Assembly: GCA_024691425.1 (NCBI GenBank)
Contig: JAILNQ010000125.1
Coordinates: 7,736 to 71,735 of the forward strand
Direction: 5' to 3'
Length of the DNA: 64,000 nucleotides
From: Lachnospiraceae bacterium
GTDB lineage: Bacteria > Bacillota > Clostridia > Lachnospirales > Lachnospiraceae
A program made the translations under genes and the position numbers. The first letter of the stretch is position 1. Each line of letters opens with the position of its first letter. Below the pieces are notes generated by a model that saw nothing but the letters and a program-made list of their open reading frames with translations, ran no database searches and was not told the DNA's origin. This document shows positions 55,198 to 64,000 of this stretch, in pieces.

Positions 55198-55304
55198 CAA
55201 TGAGTTGCAAAATAATCACGCATGCGGATGGACTGCAGGTGCCCGATGCTCTAGGGTCGCAGGATAGGGAAGCATGCGGAAGCTTAAACCAGGAGGAAAG
55301 ACAA

Positions 55305-56084
55305 ATGAGCGTTATTTCGATGAAACAGTTACTCGAAGCAGGTGTGCATTTCGGACACCAGACAAGAAGATGGAACCCTAAGATGGCTCCGTACATCTAC
55401 ATGGAGAGAAACGGTATCTATATCATTGATCTCCAGAAGTCAGTCGGAATGGTCGACGATGCATATAATGCAGTATCCGAGATCGTATCAAACGGCGGAA
55501 CAATTCTTTTCGTAGGCACGAAGAAGCAGGCACAGGATGCGGTTCAGACCGAGGCAGAGCGCTGCGGAATGTACTATGTCAATGAGAGATGGCTCGGCGG
55601 CATGCTTACGAACTTCAAGACGATTCAGTCACGTATCAAGAGACTCAAGGATATCGAGAGGATGAGCCAGGACGGCACATTCGATGTTCTTCCGAAGAAG
55701 GAAGTCATCGGCATCCGCAAGGAATGGGAAAAGCTCGAGAGGAACCTCGGCGGCATCAAGAACATGAAGAAGATTCCCGATGCTATTTTCGTGGTTGATC
55801 CGAAGAAGGAGCATATCTGCGTTCAGGAAGCTCATTCACTCGGCATTACGCTTATCGGCATTGCTGATACGAACTGCGATCCCGAAGAGCTTGATTACGT
55901 TATCCCCGGAAATGATGACGCTATAAGAGCCGTTAAGCTCATCGTATCGAAGATGGCGGATGCAGTCATCGAGGCTAACCAGGGCGCTACAGGTGAAGAG
56001 AGCGCAGAAGGCACCGATACGGCTGATGCTTCAATGGACGAAGAAGTAACGGCAGAAGCAGCGGAAGCCGCAACAGAAGAGTGA
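55305..56084 (+). CDS. rpsB: 30S ribosomal protein S2
   Basis: ATG 55305 follows [33 protein letters not shown] is the canonical S2 N-terminus. The track's 5' extension from 55188 is leader sequence. Confidence 0.95.
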   Translation: MSVISMKQLLEAGVHFGHQTRRWNPKMAPYIYMERNGIYIIDLQKSVGMVDDAYNAVSEIVSNGGTILFVGTKKQAQDAVQTEAERCGMYYVNERWLGGMLTNFKTIQSRIKRLKDIERMSQDGTFDVLPKKEVIGIRKEWEKLERNLGGIKNMKKIPDAIFVVDPKKEHICVQEAHSLGITLIGIADTNCDPEELDYVIPGNDDAIRAVKLIVSKMADAVIEANQGATGEESAEGTDTADASMDEEVTAEAAEAATEE

Positions 56085-56130
56085 TGAACGTCAGCATTTG
56101 ATTTTCAGTTATCAACAGGAGGATACGATA

Positions 56131-57222
56131 ATGGCAGATATAACAGCAGCAATGGTGAAAGAGTTACGTGAGATGACCGGTGCCGGCATGATGGACTGCA
56201 AGAAGGCACTCGGCGAGACAGACGGCGATATGGACGCAGCAGTGGAGTTCCTGAGAAAATCAGGTGCCGCTAAAGCTGAAAAGAAAGCAAGCCGTATTGC
56301 AGCAGAAGGCATTTGCCGTGTTGCAATGGTTGAGAATAAAAAGGCAGTCGTTGTAGAAGTCAATTCAGAGACAGACTTCGTAGCAAAGAACGAAGTATTC
56401 CAGGAATTCGTTCAGTCAGTAGCAGATACCGCGCTCGTTTCAGGACTTGCAGGCGGCGCAAACGGAGAGGATGTTGAGACGCTCCTTGACAAAGACGGAC
56501 TCCGTGATGTTGTTGTCGAGAAGACGGCAAAGATCGGTGAGAAGCTTTCAGTAAGAAGGTTCATAAGAGTTGAAGGCGACTGCGTTGTTTCTTACCTTCA
56601 CGGCGGCGGCAGGATCGGCGTTCTCGTTTCCGCTAAGTGTGCAGAAGTTACTGATGCAGTCAAAGAAGCTCTTCAGAATATCGCTATGCAGGTTGCTGCA
56701 ATGAGTCCTGAATATCTCAGGGAGTCAGATATTTCTGAAGCTGAAAGAGCAAAGATGCTCGAGATCACGACAGACAGCGCTCTCAATGATCCCGCATCGC
56801 TTCCGAAGCCTATTCTTCAGAAGCTCATCGACAAGGCTGTTGCAGACAAGAAGTGGAGCGATGAGGATATCGCGATCTATGAGGAAAAGAAGAGCAACAT
56901 GAACTTCCTCTTCAACTTCCTTTCAACTGAAGCAAAGAATGCTCTCGTTGAGCTTGCTCTCGCAGATAAGGCTGACATCGTAGGCGATAAGATCTTCGAA
57001 GGTCTTGTAAAGGGACGTATCTCTAAGAGAGAAAAGGAAGTAGTCCTGCTCAATCAGGTATACGTAAGGGCTGAGGACGGCAAGCAGTCTGTTGCTAAGT
57101 ACATCGAATCAGTCGACAAGAACCTTGAGATCGAGAAGTTCGTCCGTTTCGAGGTCGGTGAAGGAATGGAGAAGAAGAACGAGGACTTCGCAGCTGAAGT
57201 TGCCGCTCAGATGAACGCGTAA
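56131..57222 (+). CDS. tsf: translation elongation factor Ts
   Basis: ATG 56131 follows AGGAGG. MADITAAMVKELREMTGAGMMDCKKAL is the canonical EF-Ts UBA-like N-terminus. Confidence 0.93.
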   Translation: MADITAAMVKELREMTGAGMMDCKKALGETDGDMDAAVEFLRKSGAAKAEKKASRIAAEGICRVAMVENKKAVVVEVNSETDFVAKNEVFQEFVQSVADTALVSGLAGGANGEDVETLLDKDGLRDVVVEKTAKIGEKLSVRRFIRVEGDCVVSYLHGGGRIGVLVSAKCAEVTDAVKEALQNIAMQVAAMSPEYLRESDISEAERAKMLEITTDSALNDPASLPKPILQKLIDKAVADKKWSDEDIAIYEEKKSNMNFLFNFLSTEAKNALVELALADKADIVGDKIFEGLVKGRISKREKEVVLLNQVYVRAEDGKQSVAKYIESVDKNLEIEKFVRFEVGEGMEKKNEDFAAEVAAQMNA

Positions 57223-57255
57223 GAACTGCCGGCGTATTGAATGGGAGGATCTGAA

Positions 57256-58449
57256 ATGGCTGAAAGAAGAGTTGGAACAGTTTCAAGAGGAATAAGATGT
57301 CCCATCATCAGAGAAGGCGACGATCTTATACAGATAGTAACTGACAGCGTCATTGAGGCAGCACAGATAGAGGGCTTTGAGCTCCATGACCGTGATGTCA
57401 TCTCTATGACGGAGTCGATAGTAGCCAGAAGTCAGGGCAATTACTGCACGGTCAACGATATAGCGGCCGATGTCAAGAACAAGCTCGGCGGCGACACGGT
57501 AGGTGTAATTTTCCCGATACTTTCAAGGAACCGTTTCGCGATATGTTTAAAGGGCATAGCGATGGGATGCAAGAAGATCGTCCTTATGCTCTCATATCCT
57601 TCGGATGAGGTAGGAAACGAACTTGTAAGCATTGACAAGGTAGATGAAGCAGGGATCAATCCGTACAGCGATGTACTGACGCTTGCAAGATACCGTGAGC
57701 TCTTCGGATATACGAAACATGAATTCACGGGCGTTGATTATGTTGAGTACTACAGCGACATAATCAAGGAAGAAGGCTGTGATGTCGAGATCATATTCGC
57801 GAACCAGGCGAAAGCGATACTCGATTATACGAAGAACGTGATCAACTGCGATATTCATACGCGCGCAAGGACAAAGAGAATACTTAAGGCAGCAGGCGCT
57901 GAGAGAGTATTCGGACTTGACGAGATAATGAACGCACCGGTAGACGGCAGCGGCTACAACGAGAAGTACGGACTGCTCGGCTCGAACAAGGCGACTGAAG
58001 GACAGGTAAAGCTTTTCCCGAGAGACTGCCATGACATAGTCGAAGGCGTTCAGAAAGTCATTCTCGAGCGAACCGGAAAGCATGTGGAAGTCATGGTATA
58101 CGGTGACGGAGCGTTCAAGGATCCCAAAGGAAAAATATGGGAGCTTGCAGATCCCGTTGTTTCACCTGCTTTCACGAAGGGGCTCATCGGCACTCCTAAC
58201 GAAGTTAAGATCAAGTATCTTGCTGACAACGATTTTGCTTCGCTTTCAGGAGAAGAGCTGAAAGAAGCGATCTCAAAGAGCATCAAGGAAAAAGATTCAA
58301 ATCTCGTAGGCAAGATGGTCAGCGAGGGAACGACTCCCAGACAGCTGACCGACCTTATCGGATCTCTGTGTGACCTTACATCAGGTTCAGGAGACAAGGG
58401 AACTCCGGTAGTGCTCGTTCAGGGATATTTCGACAACTACACGAACTGA
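57256..58449 (+). CDS. CofE-like (F420-0:gamma-glutamyl ligase family, PF01996-like) protein
   Basis: ATG 57256 follows GGGAGGA. About 397 aa. The N-terminal region ([11 protein letters not shown]...[16 protein letters not shown]) resembles the CofE-family fold pattern. Assigned from memory only. Confidence 0.65.
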   Translation: MAERRVGTVSRGIRCPIIREGDDLIQIVTDSVIEAAQIEGFELHDRDVISMTESIVARSQGNYCTVNDIAADVKNKLGGDTVGVIFPILSRNRFAICLKGIAMGCKKIVLMLSYPSDEVGNELVSIDKVDEAGINPYSDVLTLARYRELFGYTKHEFTGVDYVEYYSDIIKEEGCDVEIIFANQAKAILDYTKNVINCDIHTRARTKRILKAAGAERVFGLDEIMNAPVDGSGYNEKYGLLGSNKATEGQVKLFPRDCHDIVEGVQKVILERTGKHVEVMVYGDGAFKDPKGKIWELADPVVSPAFTKGLIGTPNEVKIKYLADNDFASLSGEELKEAISKSIKEKDSNLVGKMVSEGTTPRQLTDLIGSLCDLTSGSGDKGTPVVLVQGYFDNYTN

Positions 58450-58470
58450 ATATCACATAGCATGATTAAG

Positions 58471-58507
58471 AAGAAGGATCTGCGCATGCCGCATATCCTT
58501 CTTTTTT
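58471..58507 (+). terminator. strong intrinsic terminator ending the rpsB-tsf-cofE-like unit
   Basis: AAGAAGGAT...ATCCTTCTT forms a perfect 9-bp stem plus 4 inner base pairs. It is followed by TTTT. Confidence 0.8.
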
Positions 58508-58515
58508 CATTCTGA

Positions 58516-58543
58516 TTGTACTGCATTGATATTATGCTATAAT
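58516..58543 (+). promoter_or_regulatory. candidate sigma-A promoter for the GH115 gene
   Basis: TTGTAC (58516-58521), 16 nt, TATAAT (58538-58543). Confidence 0.5.
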
Positions 58544-58568
58544 TACACAAAAAGGAAAAATATAAGCC

Positions 58569-61466
58569 ATGGGATTCGTATTTTCGGAAACTAACATTCG
58601 TGAAAATCAGATAGTGTTCATATATGAGGAATGCGCATATTCCGGCGTGCGCAAGATAGCCGGTAAGGTGCGCGAGGATGTCGAGCGGGTATTTTCGGCA
58701 AAGCCTATGGGAGTCGAGTACGAAAACTTCGCGGACACCGCGGCATTTTATTCATATCCTGTTTTCTTCGGTACTGTTGGAAATAGCGCGATCCTTGATG
58801 AGCTTGCAAAGGATCATGTCATCAATCTTTTCGATATAGCGGGAGAGCGTGAAGTATATTCCTTCAATGTCGTCGACAATCTCGAGTTTCGAGGGTTCAG
58901 ATTCGAGTCGGCGATCATTATTGCGGGGTCTGACAAGCGCGGAACGATATACGGACTTTTCAGGCTTTCCGAAATGCTCGGGGTGTCACCGTTCGTCGAC
59001 TGGCTCGATATCAGGCCGCTGAAGCGGACGGAGCAGACGCTTTTTGCCGAGGATTCTTTCATTTCAAAAACCCCGTCAGTAAAATACAGAGGATTATTCA
59101 TCAATGACGAATGGCCCGCGTTCGGGAACTTCTGCATGCACAACTTCGGCGGGTTCAACGCGAAGATGTATTCGCACGTATTTGAGCTTCTTCTGCGCCT
59201 TAAGGGAAATTATCTCTGGCCTGCGATGTGGTCCGCGGTTTTTTATGAGGACGGGCCTGGCGAGGCGAGCGCGGCGCTCGCGGATGAGCTCGGAGTCGTC
59301 ATGGGCACATCCCATCATGAGCCGTGCCTTAGGCAGGGGGAAGAGTACAGCCATGTGCGCGGCCCCGGCTCCGTATACGGTGATGACTGGAACTTCATAA
59401 CGAACAGGGAAGGGATCACGAAGTTCTGGGAAGACTCATTAGAGAAAAGATGCGTGTATGAGAACGTCATAACCGTCGGAATGCGCGGCGAGGCGGATAC
59501 CGCGATAATGGATGCAGGACTTGCCGAGAATATCGCACTGCTGCGCGATGTGCTGGAAGTACAGAACCGCCTGATAAAAGAGAAGACAGGCAAAAACCTT
59601 GAAGATGTGCCGAGGCTTTTCGCTCTCTACAAAGAGGTAGAGCCGTTCTATTACGGTGATGAGAAAGTTAAAGGGCTTGCCGGAGATCCGGCTCTCGACG
59701 GAGTCACGATACTTCTGTGCGATGACAACTACGGGAACTTGAGAACCGTACCGTCTGAAGAGGACCGTTCGAGAAGCGGAGGATACGGCATGTACTACCA
59801 CCTTGACTATCACGGGCTGCCGGTTTCTTATGAATGGTTCAATACATCATATCTTCCGAAGATATGGGAGCAGATGACCACGGCTTATGACTGCGGCATA
59901 AGGGAGCTCTGGGTCGTAAACGTCGGCGACATATTCACAAATGAATATCCCCTCGCTTATTTCCTCGATCTTGCATATGACTTTGACAGATGGGGTACAT
60001 CCGAGAAAAACAGCGCAGAGAAATACACTAAGGAATTTGTTGGTAGAAACCTTGCGGCTCTGTCAGGAAAAGACGAAGATGCGGCATCTGAGCTTCTCCT
60101 CGGATATACGAGGATCACTCACATGAGAAGGACCGAGGCGATGAACGATGAGGTCTATGCACCTTTCGCTTTCGGTGAGAGCGCAAATCTCCTCGGAATG
60201 ACCGATGAGCTCATGAAGATGTCAGAGAAGATATACCGCAGGCTTGACGACGAGGCTTCGTTCGCTTTCTATGAACTCGTGCATCTGCCGCTTACTGCCG
60301 GACTGAACGTACAGAAGCTATGGCTCCTTACCGGCCTTAACCATGCATATGCGCGGATGGGTTCTTCTGCCGCGAACGCTCTGGCAGAGGATATACACGC
60401 ATGCCTGAAGAAAGACAGGAAGCTTGTCGAGAAGCTCCATTCGGCACATAAGGGAAGATGGTACGGCATGGGTCTGTCCGAGCATATCGGATTTCGGAAC
60501 TGGTGCTGCGAGGAGTGCAGCTATCCGATCGTGCATACTCTGGAAATGCCGAAAACCCCCCGCCTTATCGTTACCGTCTCGTCTACAGGAGAGCATACCG
60601 AAGGCGGATTCTGGTCGGGCAAAAAGCTTACGATGCCCGATGCGCTCGATCCGCAGATATGCGGAGGATTCATAGAACTCAGCACTGCTTCATCGGAAAA
60701 GGTTCCGTACAGTATTTCATGCGATGATAAATTCATAGATGTAAGCGCGCCCGGAAAGAGCATAAAACCCGGCCTGCCGGTCAGGATATTCATTTTCGCC
60801 GACAGAATGAAGATGGGTGATGAAGAACATGCCATAGGAACTGTCACTGTAACGGCCGGGGATCAGAGCATAGATATACTCGTTCCGGTTTACAATCCGG
60901 AGATATCAGAGCCGGAGAATACGTACATATACTGCGGGGACGGCGGATACATGGAATACATTTCCATGAGCGCCTCGCATTTTGCCGAGAAGACAGATAC
61001 GCAGGCCGGGGCTTATGAGATCATAAGAAGATACGGTATATGCGACGCCGTGAAGGCTTATCCTCAGGACGCTTTTTTCACTCCTGATGAGGCGCCTTCA
61101 GTCGTATACAGGTTCGTGCTCAAGAAAGCCGGAAAGTACAATGTCAGGTTTTATAGCGCACCGGCGAATCCTCACCGCGCGGACGGAAAGCTTGAGTTTG
61201 CCGTATCATCGGGACCGGGTGATCTGAAGAGGGTGAACACGATCCCCGACGGATTCGAGATCCGCGACAGGAACAGGCTCTGGGAGCAGGGCGTTCTCGA
61301 TAACATGCGCCGTACGGATGTTTTGATGGATTTTGCGGAGGGTGCGAATGAGCTCCGCATACAGGCGGTCTCGCCGGGGTTTGTCCTTGAAAAGATCGTT
61401 ATAACTCCGGCCGGATATGATATGCCTTATTCATATTTAGGTCCGGCGGAAAGTTTTCATTCATAG
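58569..61466 (+). CDS. GH115-family alpha-glucuronidase-like glycoside hydrolase (no signal peptide)
   Basis: 965 aa. YRGLFINDEWPAFGNF and MGTSHHEPC match GH115 motifs I remember. The size fits the family. Confidence 0.78.
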   Translation: MGFVFSETNIRENQIVFIYEECAYSGVRKIAGKVREDVERVFSAKPMGVEYENFADTAAFYSYPVFFGTVGNSAILDELAKDHVINLFDIAGEREVYSFNVVDNLEFRGFRFESAIIIAGSDKRGTIYGLFRLSEMLGVSPFVDWLDIRPLKRTEQTLFAEDSFISKTPSVKYRGLFINDEWPAFGNFCMHNFGGFNAKMYSHVFELLLRLKGNYLWPAMWSAVFYEDGPGEASAALADELGVVMGTSHHEPCLRQGEEYSHVRGPGSVYGDDWNFITNREGITKFWEDSLEKRCVYENVITVGMRGEADTAIMDAGLAENIALLRDVLEVQNRLIKEKTGKNLEDVPRLFALYKEVEPFYYGDEKVKGLAGDPALDGVTILLCDDNYGNLRTVPSEEDRSRSGGYGMYYHLDYHGLPVSYEWFNTSYLPKIWEQMTTAYDCGIRELWVVNVGDIFTNEYPLAYFLDLAYDFDRWGTSEKNSAEKYTKEFVGRNLAALSGKDEDAASELLLGYTRITHMRRTEAMNDEVYAPFAFGESANLLGMTDELMKMSEKIYRRLDDEASFAFYELVHLPLTAGLNVQKLWLLTGLNHAYARMGSSAANALAEDIHACLKKDRKLVEKLHSAHKGRWYGMGLSEHIGFRNWCCEECSYPIVHTLEMPKTPRLIVTVSSTGEHTEGGFWSGKKLTMPDALDPQICGGFIELSTASSEKVPYSISCDDKFIDVSAPGKSIKPGLPVRIFIFADRMKMGDEEHAIGTVTVTAGDQSIDILVPVYNPEISEPENTYIYCGDGGYMEYISMSASHFAEKTDTQAGAYEIIRRYGICDAVKAYPQDAFFTPDEAPSVVYRFVLKKAGKYNVRFYSAPANPHRADGKLEFAVSSGPGDLKRVNTIPDGFEIRDRNRLWEQGVLDNMRRTDVLMDFAEGANELRIQAVSPGFVLEKIVITPAGYDMPYSYLGPAESFHS

Positions 61467-61478
61467 GAGAGAAAAGTT

Positions 61479-63080
61479 ATGTCAACCATTAAATTTGCAA
61501 GGATTTTTGCCGACGGCGCAGTGCTGCAGCGCCGCAAGCCGATCCATATATGGGGATTTTCAGATGAGGAAAATGTCACGGTAACGCTCGGCGAACGCTC
61601 AGCTGAGTGCAAGGCAGCAGACGGCAGATTCGATGCGGTATTTCCTGCATGCGAAAAAGGCGGACCGTTCACGCTCACTGCAGATGACGGAAAAGGGAAT
61701 AAAGCCGTAAGCTCTGACATAATGATAGGAGATGTTGTGCTCATAAGCGGGCAGTCGAACATGGAATTCCCGATGGAAAGGGTAAAGGAGACGTATCCGC
61801 ATGAATGGGACGAACCGAAGGATAAGCTGATAAGGACATTCAAGGTCACTGAGAACGGAGTGTTCGGAAAAGATATTCCCGATGTTGAGACGGGACAGTG
61901 GAACATCTTGTCGGGGCAGACAATAGATGATTTTTCCGCAGTCGGATACTTTACGGCAAAGCATATGCGCATTGCCGATGATGCGGCCGTAGGAATCGTG
62001 GACGTTACGCTCGGAGGTGCTCCGATCGAGGCGTTCATGAGCGAGGAGATGCTTTTGGGATATGAGCCGGCGCTTGCGGAAGCGGAAAAGTTCGCGGATG
62101 ATGAATACAGGCTCGGCATACTTGCGTCAAATGAGAAGGATGCCCTGGACTGGCATGCGGATCTTGACAGAAATGATGAAGGGTTAAGGAACGGATGGCA
62201 GGACGGCGCTGAAATACTCAGAAACGGCAGGGACATTATGCTTCCCGATTTCTTCTCGGACACTGAGCTTGACGGTTACACAGGAAGCGTCTGGATCGCG
62301 AAAAACTTCACGGTGCAAAAAGAAATGGCCGGTAAACCGGCAACGGTATGGTTCGGTACGCTCGTGGACTTTGATTTCTGTTACATAAACGGGACAATGG
62401 TAGGCAACACGGAATACACATATCCGCCGAGAAGATATAAGGTTCCGGAAGGGCTCATAACCGAAGGCGAGAACACCATAGTCCTCAGGATAGGGATAGA
62501 AAAGGGATTCGGAAGGGTCACTCCGGGTAAGATATACGGTATTGTCTTCGGAGACTGCGTGCGCACCTCTGACGGATTCTATGAAGGGGCAGAAGGCGCG
62601 GATCATATCGAGTACCTGTCCGGAATATGGAAGTATCTCAAAGGCAGAGAATGCTCACCTTCGCCGGAAATGGTATTCGTGAACTGGAAGCCGACGGCGC
62701 TGTATCATGGAATGCTCGCGCCGCTTGCAGGATTTTCAGTCAGGGCGTTCGCATTCTATCAGGGCGAGAGCAACTGCCCGAGAAATCATGAATATGCCGA
62801 TCTGACGAAGAGGTTCATAAACGGGCTCAGAAAACTGTGGGATGATGACATTCCTTATATATGCGTACAGCTTCCGGAATTCAATGCGAGAATGGAGGAA
62901 GTGTCGTTCGACGGCGGAAAGGCATGGAGAGGCCTTATGGCCGCACAGGAGTCATGCAAAGGCTTCCCTGGATTCTATCTTGTGAGATCTTACGGGACGG
63001 GAGAGCTCAACGACCTGCATCCGCAGCGCAAGGAGCCTATAGGTGAGTCCATAGCGAAAATCATTGCGTCGATAGGTTAG
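61479..63080 (+). CDS. sialate O-acetylesterase (SASA)-family carbohydrate esterase (no signal peptide)
   Basis: 533 aa with AGGAGAG RBS. GDVVLISGQSNMEFPM is the family's GQSNM nucleophile motif. Also FAFYQGESN. Confidence 0.8.
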   Translation: MSTIKFARIFADGAVLQRRKPIHIWGFSDEENVTVTLGERSAECKAADGRFDAVFPACEKGGPFTLTADDGKGNKAVSSDIMIGDVVLISGQSNMEFPMERVKETYPHEWDEPKDKLIRTFKVTENGVFGKDIPDVETGQWNILSGQTIDDFSAVGYFTAKHMRIADDAAVGIVDVTLGGAPIEAFMSEEMLLGYEPALAEAEKFADDEYRLGILASNEKDALDWHADLDRNDEGLRNGWQDGAEILRNGRDIMLPDFFSDTELDGYTGSVWIAKNFTVQKEMAGKPATVWFGTLVDFDFCYINGTMVGNTEYTYPPRRYKVPEGLITEGENTIVLRIGIEKGFGRVTPGKIYGIVFGDCVRTSDGFYEGAEGADHIEYLSGIWKYLKGRECSPSPEMVFVNWKPTALYHGMLAPLAGFSVRAFAFYQGESNCPRNHEYADLTKRFINGLRKLWDDDIPYICVQLPEFNARMEEVSFDGGKAWRGLMAAQESCKGFPGFYLVRSYGTGELNDLHPQRKEPIGESIAKIIASIG

Positions 63081-63087
63081 TGCTTAA

Positions 63088-64000
63088 ATGGACAGGATCA
63101 GGAAATGGATCGCGAGCAGAAAGAGCAAGCCGGCAGCATGGCCGAAAAATATGGCCGTGCTGTATTTACTGTGCATAATCGTTCCGCTTGTTGCAACGGA
63201 TGCGATTTTCTTTGCCCTGCTCATCAATTCGGGAAGGGTCGATCTTGAGTTCTCATATGAGAAGGCAGCGGGCAACATGGCGTTCAGCTTCGGCAATGTT
63301 CTTGAGAAGGCGTCGAACATCGCGATGAACATAACGAAGAATGACGAGTTCCATGATTTCCTTGAAAAGGATTACGAGGGAGGTCTGGATTTCTATGAGG
63401 CATACAACGATGCTACCAATGACAAATTCTTAAAAGCCCTTTGCTCGATAAACAGCGCTACATATGAAATATACACGGATAATCCGACTATAATAAACGG
63501 CGGCGGCATCTACAGCCTTGAGAGGGCAAGAGGGCTCAAGTGGTATGAGGATTACGTTGCTTCGGGGCAGGAGACATATGTCAGATTTTATTTTGACAGG
63601 GATTCCGGACCGATAACCAAACCGAGCCGAAAGCTTCTGTTCATAAGCCGTATGGGCAACTATCCGAGGGGACGTTATGAAAAGATTTGTCGCATAGTCA
63701 TTGATTACGGAACATTCTCGAGGAGCATGGAATCGGTTGCCGGCGGCGAGGACGGCTATATCGCCGATGAAAGCCGTGCGTGCGTTTTCACGGGCGGCTA
63801 TAACAACATCTATGATGATTTTACGGAAACATATGACATAAGGGGACATGTAGGCTATAGCAGGGACTATGTGTATTACGGAACACCGTTTACGATAAAC
63901 ATATTCGAGAGAGCGGATTCAGGCCCCGGGGTCATAAGGAAGAACTGGCCGATCTTTCTCATCATGCTGGCGATAAATGCCGTATTCCCGATTTTCTTCG
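63088..64000 (+). CDS. YesM-like sensor histidine kinase, N-terminal sensor part (runs off the window end)
   Basis: Open frame from ATG 63088 to the window edge. It is not in the track because it has no stop. TM (MAVLYLLCIIVPLVATDAIFFALL), a ~250-aa extracytoplasmic region, and a second TM (WPIFLIMLAINAVFPIFF). This architecture and context are typical of polysaccharide-locus kinases. Confidence 0.7.
   Translation, partial: MDRIRKWIASRKSKPAAWPKNMAVLYLLCIIVPLVATDAIFFALLINSGRVDLEFSYEKAAGNMAFSFGNVLEKASNIAMNITKNDEFHDFLEKDYEGGLDFYEAYNDATNDKFLKALCSINSATYEIYTDNPTIINGGGIYSLERARGLKWYEDYVASGQETYVRFYFDRDSGPITKPSRKLLFISRMGNYPRGRYEKICRIVIDYGTFSRSMESVAGGEDGYIADESRACVFTGGYNNIYDDFTETYDIRGHVGYSRDYVYYGTPFTINIFERADSGPGVIRKNWPIFLIMLAINAVFPIFF

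Noticed and set aside
55188-55304. 5' extension of rpsB in the track (and a similar one for tsf at 56098-56130).
   Set aside because: The canonical S2 and EF-Ts N-termini begin at ATG 55305 and ATG 56131, each preceded by AGGAGG. The extensions cover promoter and leader sequence.
54653-55396. 247-aa minus-strand ORF across the CNNM gene end, the rpsB promoter/leader and the rpsB start.
   Set aside because: It is antisense to conserved coding sequence and to a consensus promoter. Its composition is unconvincing.
61457-62263. 268-aa Ser-rich minus-strand ORF opposite the SASA esterase gene.
   Set aside because: It is low-complexity and Ser-rich, and it is antisense to a gene carrying the GQSNM esterase motif. 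It is a shadow ORF.
1-64000. Looked for CRISPR arrays, transposases, integrases, phage genes, toxin-antitoxin pairs, restriction-modification or other defence systems, and rRNA.
   Set aside because: There are no regularly spaced direct repeats. No ORF carries recombinase, nuclease, helicase or methyltransferase motifs that I could recognise. Gene content and uniform composition look like core chromosome.

Overview
The window looks like a chromosomal core segment of a Clostridia-class Firmicute. Evidence: about 50% GC, strong GGAGG-type ribosome-binding sites (RBS), frequent ATGA/TTGA start-stop overlaps, and a SCIFF ranthipeptide locus. About 55 protein genes are present, and all but three are on the + strand. 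Most are housekeeping genes: relA, hemZ, hisS, secDF, recJ, murE, rpsB, tsf, folE, cysK, citrate synthase, a SufC/SufBD pair and feoAB. Also present are two tRNAs (Ala-CGC, Glu-CTC), two MATE exporters, two CNNM/CorC paralogues, and a GH115/esterase/sensor-kinase cluster at the 3' end. I found no CRISPR array, transposase, integrase, phage gene, rRNA or recognisable defence system.

The most unusual region is 8.26-20.2 kb. A STAS antagonist gene has its own promoter and terminator. It is followed by nine tightly packed or overlapping genes: an RsbW/SpoIIAB-like kinase, an aminotransferase, a 2-hydroxyacid dehydrogenase, a membrane HAMP-PP2C phosphatase, a 481-aa protein I cannot place, an orphan solute-binding lipoprotein, a 741-aa sensor-MFS chimera and FeoAB. 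No sigma factor gene occurs anywhere in the window.

Other points worth a second look:
- the 47-aa SCIFF precursor scfA, which the ORF track missed, with its maturase;
- a secreted C69-peptidase-like protein that appears to lack the nucleophile Cys and carries a very acidic tail;
- an E2-like acyltransferase with DER instead of DHR;
- an orphan pilin gene with an apparent frameshift;
- a tRNA-Ala surrounded by fragments of itself.

All family assignments come from motif recognition by eye. No database search was run.
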